Assembly: GCA_963708085.1 (NCBI GenBank)
Contig: OY970180.1
Span: 792,565 to 856,564 of the forward strand
Reading direction: 5' to 3'
Length of the DNA stretch: 64,000 nucleotides
DNA from: an uncultured Actinomycetota bacterium
GTDB lineage: Bacteria > Actinomycetota > Thermoleophilia > Solirubrobacterales > Solirubrobacteraceae
Shown: one piece after another, positions 1 to 9,699 of the stretch
Layout of the letters: each line of letters begins with the position of its first letter
Position numbering within the stretch: the stretch's first letter is position 1
Notes under the pieces: model-generated
What the model was told of the DNA's origin: nothing
The model's input: the letters and a program-made list of their open reading frames with translations, nothing else
The model's database searches: none
Position numbers and translations under genes: made by a program

Positions 1-2577
1 GTCAAAACCACCAAAAACTCCACCACCTGGGCGCCGGGCTGCACGCCGCAGCTGAACGCTGCCACCACTGGCAAAGAAGCTGGCTGCATCTACGGGCAGT
101 GGTACCTGCTCGACCCAGGTGCCAAGTCGGTTGTGGCTGGGCCGACCACCACTGAAGCGGAGCTCGAAGCCAAGACTCACGAAGCAAAGCTCCACACGAC
201 GCTCAAGCCGACGCTCGTGCCGCCCGGGACGGTCGTGGTCAGGTCCAGGCCTGAAGAAAACCGCGAAGGCAAGGTCATCAAGGCCGAACCTAACCGCTTC
301 TACGTTCTGCGGGATGACCCAGTTCTGAGCGGTTCCGACATCACCAATCCGCGGGAGGAATCCGAAAACGGCGGCAGCGGCCAGCCCGCCGTCGTGTTCG
401 GGTTCAACGGCTCCGGCGGCACGACCTTTGAAAAAGTCACCAAGGAGATCGCCAAACGGGGCGAAGAAGCCGCTCTGCCGGGCGTCTCGCACGAAAGCGC
501 ACTGCAGCACTTCGCGATCGTGTTGGACGAACAGGTCATCACCGCCCCGTCGGTCGATTACAAGCTCTACCCCGAAGGCATCGACCCAACCAACGGCTCG
601 CAGATCAGCGGCGGCTTCACCTACACCTCGGCCTCCAATCTCGCCAACGAGCTCCAGTCGGGCGCGCTACCGATCAAATTGACGCTGATCTCCAGCTCCC
701 AGGTCTCTGCGACGCTCGGGAAAACGGCCCTCAGCCAAGGCCTCAAGGCGGGCCTGATCGGCTTCGTGGTCGTCTGTCTCTTCCTGCTGCTCTTCTACCG
801 CATGCTCGGCGTGATCGCGATCGGCGGCCTGCTCATCTATGGCATCTATTTCTTCGCGCTGATCAAGCTGATCCCGATCGTGCTGACGCTGCCGGGCATC
901 GCCGGCCTGATCCTCACAATCGGCGTCGCTGCGGACGCGAACATCGTGATCTTCGAGCGCGTGAAGGAGGAGATCAGATCCGGGCGCTCTGTGGTGGCCG
1001 GCATCGCCGCCGGCTACAAGCGCGGCTTTGCGGCAATCGTGGACGCCAACGTGGTCACGTTCATGACCGCGTTCATCCTGTTCGCGCTGGCGACAGCCGA
1101 AGTCCAGGGCTTCGCGTTCATGCTCGGGATCGGCACGCTGACCTCGCTGTTCACGGCGGTGCTCGCCACGCAGGCTGCGCTGACCTCGATGAGCCATTCG
1201 CGCCTGATCACGCACCCCTCAGCGCTAGGTGCCGGCGGCAAGAAGCGTGACTGGAAATTCGACTTCATGGGCGCCTCGCGCTGGTTCTTCTCGCTTTCCG
1301 GAGTGATCCTGCTGACCGGCGCGATCGCGATCGGCGCGAAGGGGATCAACTTCGGCTTCGACTTCACAGGCGGCAGCAGGATGGAGGTGGCGCTGGTCAA
1401 GCACCCAAGCCCACAGCAGGTCGCCTCCACGCTTGAAGCGGCGAAGTTCCACGGCGTCCAGGTCCAGGCGGTCAAAGAAAAGGGCGTGGTCGGCGGCCGC
1501 GGCTACCAGATCTCCGTCAAGGAGCTCCATCCGAAGCAGCTGCAGCAGGTCAAAACGCTGCTGGAAGCCGATTACGGCATCAAGCCGAATGGCTTCAGCT
1601 CTACCTCGATCGGCCCCTCCTTCGGCCAGGAAATCGCCAACGCGGCGGTGATCGCGATCATCGCCTCGCTGCTGGTGATCTCCGCCTACATCGCGCTGCG
1701 GTTCGAGTGGAAGTACGCGGTGCCGGTGCTGATCGCCTTGATGCACGACCTGTTGATCACCTCGGGTGTCTACGCGCTGACCGGCAGGGAAGTGACCAGC
1801 GCGACTGTCGCCGCCCTGCTTACGATCCTCGGATACTCGCTCTACGACACGATCATCGTCTTCGACCGAATACGTGAGAACGTGCCGCGCATGCCGCGCG
1901 CTGCGTTCTCGCAGATCGTCAACCGCTCGATGTCCGAGGTGCTGACCAGGTCGCTGGCGACGAGCTTCTGCACGCTGCTGCCGGTGATCTCGCTGATGGC
2001 CTTCGGCGGCGCCACACTCAAAGACTTCGCCTTCGCGCTGATCGTCGGCATCGCCTCCGGCGCCTACTCCTCGATCTTCATCGCCTCGCCGGTGCTCACG
2101 CACTGGAAGGAGCGCGAACCGGTGTACCGCAACCGCCGCGCCAGGCTGGTGCGGGAATTCGGCGCTGTGCCGGCGTATGCAACCGCAGCAGGCGGCGCCA
2201 ACACCGAAGTCGAGCCGGCCCAGCAGCGCAGGCGCAGGAGTCGCGGCATGGTCAGCGCCGAGGACCCAGGGGAGCAGCTCTCCAAGGAGGAGTTCGACGC
2301 GCTCGTGCGCGACCTCGATATCGAGCAGGAGCCTTCTTCGGGAAAGCGCGCCCGCGCCGCCGTGGCCTCGCGTCAAGCGCCGCCGCGCGAGCAGCAGAAC
2401 GGGACCCAGCGGGATGCCGCGCGTGGGGATGCGCAGGGTGAGCGCGCCGAGTCTGAGGCGACGCCTGCCGATCCGACGGCCGACGCCGTGCCCGAGGATG
2501 TCTTCCTGAAGGACTCCAAAGACTCCAAGTCCCGGCAGCGCCGCCAGCGCAACCGCAAACACGGTAGGAGTCGATAG
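1..2577 (+). CDS. secDF: SecD-SecF fused protein-translocase subunit (5' end upstream of window)
   Basis: Frame 1 is open from base 1, with no stop before the ATG at 133, so the gene is cut by the window edge. SecD-like (LIGFVVVCLFLLLFYR...AADANIVIFERVKEE) and SecF-like (INFGFDFTGGSRMEV...ILGYSLYDTIIVFDRIREN) multi-TM blocks lie in one ORF. The ORF ends in a charged low-complexity tail of about 130 aa. Confidence 0.9.
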   Translation, partial: VKTTKNSTTWAPGCTPQLNAATTGKEAGCIYGQWYLLDPGAKSVVAGPTTTEAELEAKTHEAKLHTTLKPTLVPPGTVVVRSRPEENREGKVIKAEPNRFYVLRDDPVLSGSDITNPREESENGGSGQPAVVFGFNGSGGTTFEKVTKEIAKRGEEAALPGVSHESALQHFAIVLDEQVITAPSVDYKLYPEGIDPTNGSQISGGFTYTSASNLANELQSGALPIKLTLISSSQVSATLGKTALSQGLKAGLIGFVVVCLFLLLFYRMLGVIAIGGLLIYGIYFFALIKLIPIVLTLPGIAGLILTIGVAADANIVIFERVKEEIRSGRSVVAGIAAGYKRGFAAIVDANVVTFMTAFILFALATAEVQGFAFMLGIGTLTSLFTAVLATQAALTSMSHSRLITHPSALGAGGKKRDWKFDFMGASRWFFSLSGVILLTGAIAIGAKGINFGFDFTGGSRMEVALVKHPSPQQVASTLEAAKFHGVQVQAVKEKGVVGGRGYQISVKELHPKQLQQVKTLLEADYGIKPNGFSSTSIGPSFGQEIANAAVIAIIASLLVISAYIALRFEWKYAVPVLIALMHDLLITSGVYALTGREVTSATVAALLTILGYSLYDTIIVFDRIRENVPRMPRAAFSQIVNRSMSEVLTRSLATSFCTLLPVISLMAFGGATLKDFAFALIVGIASGAYSSIFIASPVLTHWKEREPVYRNRRARLVREFGAVPAYATAAGGANTEVEPAQQRRRRSRGMVSAEDPGEQLSKEEFDALVRDLDIEQEPSSGKRARAAVASRQAPPREQQNGTQRDAARGDAQGERAESEATPADPTADAVPEDVFLKDSKDSKSRQRRQRNRKHGRSR

Positions 2578-2606
2578 TGGCCCGTCATCGAACGCCCAAC
2601 CACCAA

Positions 2607-2632
2607 CGAATTCACAGGACGAACCACTGATG
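2607..2632 (+). repeat. Copy A of a 26-nt stop-to-start intergenic module (CGAATTCACAGGACGAACCACTGATG)
   Basis: 25/26 identical to 17684..17709. Both copies end in the start codon of the downstream gene, contain an AGGA Shine-Dalgarno, and follow a TAGTGG stop context of the upstream gene. Confidence 0.8.
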
Positions 2633-2929
2633 GGCATGCTCGGCTGGGTGATCATGGGCCTTGCGATCTGGCACTTCACGATCTGGCTGCCAGATCGCTT
2701 CTGGGGCGGCATCGTCGGCGCACTTATCGGCTCACTGATCGGCGCGGTCGTGATCGGGCTGATCATCTACGCGGTGAAGTCCTCGACATTCACGATTCCA
2801 GGCAAGAAAGCCACCGACGTGGCGGTGGTCCTCTACGCGGTGCCGGGCGCACTGATCGGGATCGCGATCGTGTACATGCTCGGCGCGTGGCGCGAGCGGG
2901 TCGCTGCTGTCGAGAAGCTCGGCGTCTAG
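2630..2929 (+). CDS. Small integral membrane protein, GlsB/YeaQ/YmgE-like (transglycosylase-associated family)
   Basis: 99-aa ORF with three Gly-rich hydrophobic helices (MGMLGWVIMGLAIW...GGIVGALIGSLIGAVVIGLIIY...). AGGA lies 10 nt upstream of the ATG. The family call is from overall pattern only. Confidence 0.55.
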   Translation: MGMLGWVIMGLAIWHFTIWLPDRFWGGIVGALIGSLIGAVVIGLIIYAVKSSTFTIPGKKATDVAVVLYAVPGALIGIAIVYMLGAWRERVAAVEKLGV

Positions 2930-3021
2930 CCCGAGCTCCCGCCGGCGCGCCGCCACGCACGCCAGCTTGTGCTCAGATTCGCCCGCTGTTCCGTCCCGGG
3001 CGCCGCGTAGGGTGCGGAGCA

Positions 3022-4782
3022 GTGCAGAGCGTGCGTTTTGAGATCCCCGACTGCCCGCCGCAGGCGGTAGACAGGCTGCGCTCGGCGCTCGGCATCGGCG
3101 ACGTGCTCGCGCAGACGCTCGTGCGACGCGGGATAGCCGACGCCGGTGCGGCAGCAGACTTCCTCGGGGCCGACCGGCTGCATGACCACGGTGCGTTTGT
3201 GGGCATCGAGCAGGCCGTAGAGCCGATCCTGCGCCGGATCGCGCAAGGCGGACGCATCACAGTCCACGGTGATTACGACGTCGACGGCGTCTGCTCGACG
3301 GCGCTGCTGGTGAGCGCGCTACGTCGGCTCGGCGCCCAGGTCGACTGGCATATACCGGCCAGGGCGGCCGGCTACGGGCTGCGTGAGGATGCGGTGCGCG
3401 CGATCGCCGAGCGCGGCACCGAGCTGCTGATCACGGTCGACTGCGGCATCGCCTCGGTGGTGGAGGTCGCGCTCGCGCAAAGCCTCGGCATGCAGGTGGT
3501 CGTGACAGACCACCACAGCCCGCGCGCCGACGGAGCGCTGCCGGATGCGCCGATCGTGCATCCGCGCCTCTGCGGCTATCCATGCCCCGACCTCTGCGGC
3601 GCGGCGGTCGCCCACAAGCTCACGAGGGCGCTCTGGAGCGCCGCCGGCCGCGACCCCGCCGAGCTGGACACCGACCTCGACCTGGTGGCGCTTGCGAGCA
3701 TCGCCGATGTGGTCGACCTGCTCGGAGAGAATCGGGCGCTGGCCAGCATGGGCCTGAAGGCACTGGCCGCCACGACTCGCCCGGGCCTGCGCGCGCTGAT
3801 GGAGGTCGCACGGATCGATCCTTCCTGCATCGACGCGCGTATGGTCGCCTTCGGCCTCGCGCCACGCATCAACGCGCCCGGCCGCCTGTTCACCGCCGCA
3901 GCGCCATTGGAGCTGCTGATGACCGCCAGCTCGCAGCGAGCCGCAGAGCTGGCGCAGGAGCTCGACCGCTGCAACCGCGAACGCCGCCAGGTCGAGCAGC
4001 GCATCCTCTTCGAGGCGCAGGCGCAAGTGCGCGAGCTGGGGGAGCTGCCCGGCTACGTGCTGGCCGGGGAGGGGTGGCATCCGGGCGTGGTGGGGATCGT
4101 AGCCTCACGGATCGTGGAGGCCACCAACCGGCCGGCGGTGCTGGTCGGGCTCGACGGCTCCGGTGGCCGCGGCTCTGGGCGCAGCATCGAGGGCTTCGAC
4201 CTGCTCGGCGGCCTCTCCGCATGTAGCGAGCACCTGCTGGCCTACGGAGGCCATCGCGCCGCGTGCGGGCTGGAGCTGGTCCGCGAGCGGCTGGAGGGTT
4301 TCAGGGAGGCGTTCGCCCGTCACGCCGAGCTGATGATCGACGCGGAAGCGCTGGTTGCCACAGAGCGCGTGGACGCGATCGTCTCCGTGGCTGACGTAGG
4401 TCTGCCGCTGGCCGAGGAGCTCTCGCGCCTTGCCCCCTTCGGGCGCGGCAATCCCACGGTCTGCCTGATGGTCAGGGATGCTGAGGTGGCGCAGGTTCAG
4501 GCGATGGGGGAAGGCAAGCACGCGCGTTTCAAGGTGTTCGAAGACAGTTCGCACGCAGCAGCGGTCAGCTTCGGCAATGGCGCCACGCTGCCGGTGCAGG
4601 AGGGCGAGCCGATCGACGCCACCTTCACGCTCGAGATCAACGAGTGGCGCGGCGCATGCGAGCCGCGGTTGGTGCTGCGACAGATCGCGCCCGCGGCAGC
4701 GGAGGCTCCCAGCGTCAGCGCCGCCAGGACGCCTGTCGCAACAGATCAGCAGCCGCTTCAGTTGGCGCTCGCAGTGCCGTAA
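3022..4782 (+). CDS. recJ: Single-stranded-DNA-specific exonuclease RecJ
   Basis: DHH/DHHA1 architecture: ITVHGDYDVDGVCS, ITVDCG, VVVTDHH, GGHRAACG. Start set at the in-frame GTG 3022. The ORF-track start at 2887 overlaps the upstream gene and encodes Arg/Ala-rich junk. Confidence 0.88.
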   Translation: MQSVRFEIPDCPPQAVDRLRSALGIGDVLAQTLVRRGIADAGAAADFLGADRLHDHGAFVGIEQAVEPILRRIAQGGRITVHGDYDVDGVCSTALLVSALRRLGAQVDWHIPARAAGYGLREDAVRAIAERGTELLITVDCGIASVVEVALAQSLGMQVVVTDHHSPRADGALPDAPIVHPRLCGYPCPDLCGAAVAHKLTRALWSAAGRDPAELDTDLDLVALASIADVVDLLGENRALASMGLKALAATTRPGLRALMEVARIDPSCIDARMVAFGLAPRINAPGRLFTAAAPLELLMTASSQRAAELAQELDRCNRERRQVEQRILFEAQAQVRELGELPGYVLAGEGWHPGVVGIVASRIVEATNRPAVLVGLDGSGGRGSGRSIEGFDLLGGLSACSEHLLAYGGHRAACGLELVRERLEGFREAFARHAELMIDAEALVATERVDAIVSVADVGLPLAEELSRLAPFGRGNPTVCLMVRDAEVAQVQAMGEGKHARFKVFEDSSHAAAVSFGNGATLPVQEGEPIDATFTLEINEWRGACEPRLVLRQIAPAAAEAPSVSAARTPVATDQQPLQLALAVP

Positions 4783-4791
4783 CCTAAGGTC

Positions 4792-7125
4792 ATGGCGAGC
4801 ACCGAGGATCAAGCACACGCATCCAGGCCCGCCGGTGTCAGCGGCGCACCGCCGCAGGTGGCGCCGGTGCCGGTCTCGGCCGCGCGCGCCCAGCTGACCG
4901 ACGTCGAGCGCCGGCTGCTGGACGATCTCTTCGCGATCGTCTCCGAGCACGCGCCCGGCTCCTCGGTGGAGATTGACCGGCTGCGCGTGGAAGACGCGTT
5001 CGTGTTCGCCTGCGAGCACCACGCAGACCAGCGCCGGCGCTCCGGCGAGGATTTCATCGTGCACCCGGTTGGGGTGGCGCGGATCTGTGCGGGCATGCGC
5101 CTTGATACCGAGACGCTGTGCGCGGCGCTGCTGCACGACACCGTCGAGGACACCTCTGCCTCGATCGAGGAGGTGCGCGAGCGCTTCGGCGAGACGATTG
5201 CCAAGATCGTCGACGGCGTTACCAAGCTGACCGGGATCACGTTCACCTCGCGCGATGAGGCGCAGGCGGAGAACTACCGCAAGATGCTAGTCGCGATGGC
5301 CACCGACGAACGGGTGATCCTGATCAAGCTGGCCGATCGCCTGCACAACATGCGCACGATCGACGCGCTGCCCAAGCAGAAGCAGATCGAGAAGGCCAAG
5401 GAGACGCTGGAGATCTACTCCCCGATCGCGCATCGCCTGGGTATCCATGCGATGAAGTGGGAGCTGGAGGACCTCGCCTTCGCCACGCTTCACCCGCGCA
5501 AGTACCAGGAGATAAAGGCGCTCGTGGCCCAGCAGCGCAAGGAGCGCGAGCAATATGTGGCGCAGGCCGGCGAGTACCTCGCGCGCGAGCTGCAGGCGCT
5601 TGGCATCCACGCCGAGATTTCAGGCCGCGCCAAGCACTTCTACTCGATCTACTCGAAGATGACCCACAACGGCAAGGAGTTCAACGAGATCTACGACCTC
5701 ACCGCGATGCGCGTGATCGTGGACTCGGTGAAGGACTGCTACGCCGCGGTGGGGGCGATCCACTCGCTCTGGAAGCCGCTGCCCGGGCGCTTCAAGGACT
5801 TCATCGCGATGCCGAAGTTCAACCTGTACCAGTCGCTGCACACGACGATCATCGGGCCCGAGGGTCGGCCGCTGGAGATTCAGATCCGCACCCACGAGAT
5901 GCACGAACTGGCCGAGTATGGGGTCGCCGCGCACTGGATGTACAAGGAGCGCAAGGGCGCCAAGAGCGTCGGAGGACCAGACGATCAGACCCGCCATCGC
6001 TGGCTGCGCTCGATGCTCGACTGGCAGAAGGACCTCTCCGACCCCAGCGAGTTCATGAAGACGTTCAAGAGCGACCTCTTCGAGGACGAGGTTTACGTCT
6101 TCACGCCCAAGGGCGAGGTCAAGGCGCTGGCCGCCGGCGCCACGCCGCTGGACTTTGCCTACGAGGTCCACACCGAGATCGGCCACCGCTGCGTCGGTGC
6201 GCGCGTCAACGGCAAGATCGTGCCGCTGCACTACGAGATGCGCTCCGGCGACATCGTGGAGATCATCACCTCCAAGCGCGAGCGGGGCCCCTCGCGCGAC
6301 TGGCTCGCGCTGGTCAAAACGACCAGGGCGCGCAACAAGATCAAGCAGTGGTTCAAGGCCGAGACGCGCGTTGACACCGAGCACACAGGGCGCGAGGTGC
6401 TGCAGGAACATCTCAAGAAGGCGGGCCTGCCCGCCCAGAAGATCACCGGCTCGACGCTGCTGGCGGATGTGATCCGCGAGCTCGGCTACCGCAAAGCCGA
6501 CGACTTCTACATCGCTCTGGGCGCCGCGAAGGTCTCACCGAAGACTGTGGTGGACAAGGTGCTGCAGCGTCTCAAGCGCGGCGAGGCCGCCGACGCGGGG
6601 GAGACCGCGGTGTCGGAGATGCTGCGGGTCGGCCGCGGTCGCCGGCGCCCAACCAAGTCCTCTGGCCAGTACGGCATCAAGGTGCAGGGCGTCGAGGACG
6701 TGATGCTGCGCCTGGCCAAGTGCTGCCGGCCGGTGCCCGGCGACCCGATCGTCGGCTACATCTCGCTTGGCCGCGGAATCACGATCCACCGTGAGGATTG
6801 CCCGAACACCGCGTTGCTCAAGCGCAGCCCGGAGCGCTTCACCGATGTCTCCTGGGACGGCGGTCCGCAGCAGAGCTCCTTCGTGGTCGAACTGCAGATT
6901 GACGCGTGGGATCGCCACCATCTGCTGGCCGACATCTCCCGCATCTTCTCGGAGTCGGGCACCAACATTCTGGAAGCCCGTTGCCTGTCAAACCCGCCGA
7001 TGGTCAAGAACCGCTTCGTGATCGAGGTGCCGGACACGCACGCGCTCAAGAGCGCGATCAGCAAGCTGCGAAACACCGAGTCGGTGTTCGATGCGTACCG
7101 GGTGACGCCGGGCGGCGCAGCCTAG
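4792..7125 (+). CDS. relA: Bifunctional (p)ppGpp synthetase/hydrolase RelA/SpoT family
   Basis: HD hydrolase motif (HPVGVA...LLHDTVEDT), synthetase block (HFYSIYSKM...DLTAMRVIV...YQSLHTT), TGS (VYVFTPKGEV) and a C-terminal ACT-like domain. Confidence 0.95.
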   Translation: MASTEDQAHASRPAGVSGAPPQVAPVPVSAARAQLTDVERRLLDDLFAIVSEHAPGSSVEIDRLRVEDAFVFACEHHADQRRRSGEDFIVHPVGVARICAGMRLDTETLCAALLHDTVEDTSASIEEVRERFGETIAKIVDGVTKLTGITFTSRDEAQAENYRKMLVAMATDERVILIKLADRLHNMRTIDALPKQKQIEKAKETLEIYSPIAHRLGIHAMKWELEDLAFATLHPRKYQEIKALVAQQRKEREQYVAQAGEYLARELQALGIHAEISGRAKHFYSIYSKMTHNGKEFNEIYDLTAMRVIVDSVKDCYAAVGAIHSLWKPLPGRFKDFIAMPKFNLYQSLHTTIIGPEGRPLEIQIRTHEMHELAEYGVAAHWMYKERKGAKSVGGPDDQTRHRWLRSMLDWQKDLSDPSEFMKTFKSDLFEDEVYVFTPKGEVKALAAGATPLDFAYEVHTEIGHRCVGARVNGKIVPLHYEMRSGDIVEIITSKRERGPSRDWLALVKTTRARNKIKQWFKAETRVDTEHTGREVLQEHLKKAGLPAQKITGSTLLADVIRELGYRKADDFYIALGAAKVSPKTVVDKVLQRLKRGEAADAGETAVSEMLRVGRGRRRPTKSSGQYGIKVQGVEDVMLRLAKCCRPVPGDPIVGYISLGRGITIHREDCPNTALLKRSPERFTDVSWDGGPQQSSFVVELQIDAWDRHHLLADISRIFSESGTNILEARCLSNPPMVKNRFVIEVPDTHALKSAISKLRNTESVFDAYRVTPGGAA

Positions 7126-8114
7126 GAAATCACGCGGAGCGCGAGCGGCCTGATCGAGTAGCGCGCCTGCCGCACCTTGCCGACGAAGTCGCCGTCGACC
7201 TGCAGCGGCAGGGGGCGGCCGTCGGCGCTTTCGACCGTCATCTCCGTGATCTGCTCAAAGCCGGTGACCTGGCGGTGGTCAGAGACCTGCGCCTTGCTGG
7301 AGAGCGCGCGCCAGGCAACGAAGGGCATAGCTGCCGGCGTTACGCGGTGCAGCACTGCGCCCGCCAGCGTGCCGGAGTCCAGGGCGGGACCGCGCGCGAG
7401 CTCGACCGGGCGGTTCTGGAAATAGGTGAACGGGGAGCCGTTCTGGATCACGGTCGTGACGCCGTCAAGCTGCTGCCCGCCGGCGTGCACACTCATGCGT
7501 GGCGGGTTGAGCAGGTAGCGGCGCGTGAGGCTGGAGATCGCCGCCCAGGTAAAGAACCAGGGGCCGTAGCGGGCCTTCAGGCGGGGGTTGGAGTCCACGC
7601 GCTCCACGACGCTTGCGTCCAGCCCTAGCCCGGAGGCGAACGTGAAGGCGCGGCCGTTGACCATGCCGAGGTCGACGCTGCGCGGCTGCCAGTCGTCGGC
7701 CATCGCCAGCAGATGCTCGGTGGCCGCCACCAGCTCGCCGGGGATGCCGAGCATCTTGCCGAACACGTTCGCGGAGCCGCCGGGCAGGCAGGAGAGCGGT
7801 GTGGAGGAGCCGAGCAGGCCGTTGGCCGCTTCGTTGACGGTGCCGTCTCCGCCAAAGGCTACGACCACGTCGTAGCCCTCGTGGGCGGCCTCCTTGCAGA
7901 GCTCGATCGCGTGCCCGCGCGCCTCGGTGTCCACCGCGTCGACCTCGTAGCGGCCCTGCAGCGCGTAGACGACGAGGTGGCGCAGCCTGTCGGAGACGGT
8001 GGTCGCGTACGGGTTGACGATGATCAGCATCCGCTTCTTGGGGGTGCGCGAGAGGGCGTCGAAGTCCTCTGGCATCTCCTGCGGCGGCTGGAGCTCCTGC
8101 TGAGAAGCGCTCAT
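7122..8114 (-). CDS. Diacylglycerol/lipid kinase family protein (YegS/DagK-like)
   Basis: LIIVNPYA...VVAFGGDGTVNEA...LSCLPGGSANVF motifs of the DAGK catalytic domain. Overlaps the relA stop by 4 nt, convergent. Confidence 0.85.
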   Translation of the reverse strand: MSASQQELQPPQEMPEDFDALSRTPKKRMLIIVNPYATTVSDRLRHLVVYALQGRYEVDAVDTEARGHAIELCKEAAHEGYDVVVAFGGDGTVNEAANGLLGSSTPLSCLPGGSANVFGKMLGIPGELVAATEHLLAMADDWQPRSVDLGMVNGRAFTFASGLGLDASVVERVDSNPRLKARYGPWFFTWAAISSLTRRYLLNPPRMSVHAGGQQLDGVTTVIQNGSPFTYFQNRPVELARGPALDSGTLAGAVLHRVTPAAMPFVAWRALSSKAQVSDHRQVTGFEQITEMTVESADGRPLPLQVDGDFVGKVRQARYSIRPLALRVIS

Positions 8115-8204
8115 CGGCTGTGCCTACACCGCCGAACGCACGCTGTTACCGTCGTCTACCCGAGCTAAAGCTGGGGTTGCGTGCCGCCGATCCATCGTTA
8201 TAAT

Positions 8205-8320
8205 TCTCGTCCGAGATAGCTGGACACATCCAGAGGGGTGGAGGGACTGGCCCTTTGAAGCCCCGGCAACCACCGTTCCGCAGCGGGAAGGTGCCAATTC
8301 CAGATAGATGTGTGGCGGGC
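8205..8320 (+). promoter_or_regulatory. SAM-I (S-box) riboswitch
   Basis: Core ACACATC-CAGAGGGGTGGAGGGACTGGCCCTTTGAAGCCCCGGCAACC...GGTGCCAATTCCAGATA-GATGTGT. The P1 arms are 8224-8230 and 8307-8313. The conserved GAGGGA, GGCAACC and GUGCCAAUUCC blocks are all present. It lies about 60 nt upstream of the ATG at 8378. A downstream GGGCTTC can pair with the GGAGCCC Shine-Dalgarno region. Confidence 0.88.
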
Positions 8321-8377
8321 TTCGCGTCTATTGCCACACGGTAAGCGGGCATGTAGCGCGATTTCAAAGGAGCCCAT

Positions 8378-9685
8378 ATGGCTGTCACCCATCTACAGTG
8401 CAAGGCTTGCAAGGCCGAGTACCCGCTGGAGGCGAAGTACGTCTGCGAGCGCTGCTTCGGCCCGCTGGAGGCCGCCTACGACTACTCGAACCTCGGCGGT
8501 GACGTGGCCGGCCTGCGTCGCCGCATCCAGGGCGGCCCGCAGAACATCTGGCGCTACTCGGACTTCCTGCCGACCGTCGGCGGGCAGCCCGGCCCGTCAG
8601 GGCGCCTGGCTTCGCGCGCAGGCCTGCCCGCCGGCTGCACGCCGCTGATCAGGGCCGACCGGCTGGCCAAGCATCTCGGTCTGCGCGAGGTGTGGGTCAA
8701 GAACGACGCCGCCAACCCGACGCACTCCTTCAAGGACAGGGTGGTCTCCGTGGCCGCCGCACGGGCACGGGAGCTCGGCTTCAAAGTGCTCGCCTGCGCC
8801 TCCACCGGCAACCTCGCCAACTCGGTCGCCGCGCACGCCGCGGCGCTCGGCCTCGAGTCTTACGTGCTGATCCCGGCCGACTTGGAGGAGCAGAAGATCC
8901 TCGCCACAGGCATCTACGGCACCAAAGTCGTCGCGATCGACGGCGACTACGACGAGGTCAACCGCCTCTGCACCGAGATCTCCGCCGAACGGGACTGGGC
9001 GTTCGTCAACATCAACTTGCGTCCCTACTACGCCGAGGGCTCCAAGACCCTTGCCTACGAGATCGCCGAGCAGCTCGGCTTCGAGTTGCCCGATCGCTGC
9101 ATCGTGCCGATCGCCTCGGGCTCGCTCTACACCAAGCTCGCAAGGGGCTTCGCGGAGTGGCGCGAGCTTGGCCTGGTCGAGGGGGAGGCCCCACGCATGA
9201 ATGGCGCGCAGGCCGACGGCTGCGCGCCGGTAGCCAACGCGTATGCGGCCGGCGAGCAGGTCTGCCAGCCGGTGAAGGCCAAAACGATCGCCAAGTCGCT
9301 TGCGATCGGGACCCCGGCCGACGGCCCCTTCGCACTCGACCTCGCGCGTCAGAGCGGCGGCGGCGTCGACTCGGTCAGCGACGATGAGATCAGGCAGGGC
9401 ATCGCGCTGCTCGCGCAGACGACGGGCATCTTCACCGAGACGGCCGGCGGCGTGACTACGGCGGTGCTGGCCAAGCTCGCGCAGCGCGGGGACATCGATC
9501 CGCAGGAGCGCGTCGTGCTCGTGATCACCGGCGAGGGCCTGAAGACGCTGGACGCAGTGAAGGGCACGTTCGAGACGACCCAGATCGCGCCGAGCTACGA
9601 GCAGTTCGAGGCTGCCTTCCCGGAGGCTCGGGACGATCGCGCAGCCGCCGACGCGGCGACCGCCGGGTTCGCGGCGCTGCGCTGA
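8378..9685 (+). CDS. thrC: Threonine synthase family PLP enzyme with N-terminal Cys4 zinc ribbon
   Basis: CKAC...CERC at the N terminus. PLP-lysine block NPTHSFKDR, ASTGNLANS, and GxGG-like SGSLY. Good SD (AAAGGAG) 7 nt upstream. Confidence 0.85.
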   Translation: MAVTHLQCKACKAEYPLEAKYVCERCFGPLEAAYDYSNLGGDVAGLRRRIQGGPQNIWRYSDFLPTVGGQPGPSGRLASRAGLPAGCTPLIRADRLAKHLGLREVWVKNDAANPTHSFKDRVVSVAAARARELGFKVLACASTGNLANSVAAHAAALGLESYVLIPADLEEQKILATGIYGTKVVAIDGDYDEVNRLCTEISAERDWAFVNINLRPYYAEGSKTLAYEIAEQLGFELPDRCIVPIASGSLYTKLARGFAEWRELGLVEGEAPRMNGAQADGCAPVANAYAAGEQVCQPVKAKTIAKSLAIGTPADGPFALDLARQSGGGVDSVSDDEIRQGIALLAQTTGIFTETAGGVTTAVLAKLAQRGDIDPQERVVLVITGEGLKTLDAVKGTFETTQIAPSYEQFEAAFPEARDDRAAADAATAGFAALR

Positions 9686-9699
9686 TCGCCAGCTGAACG

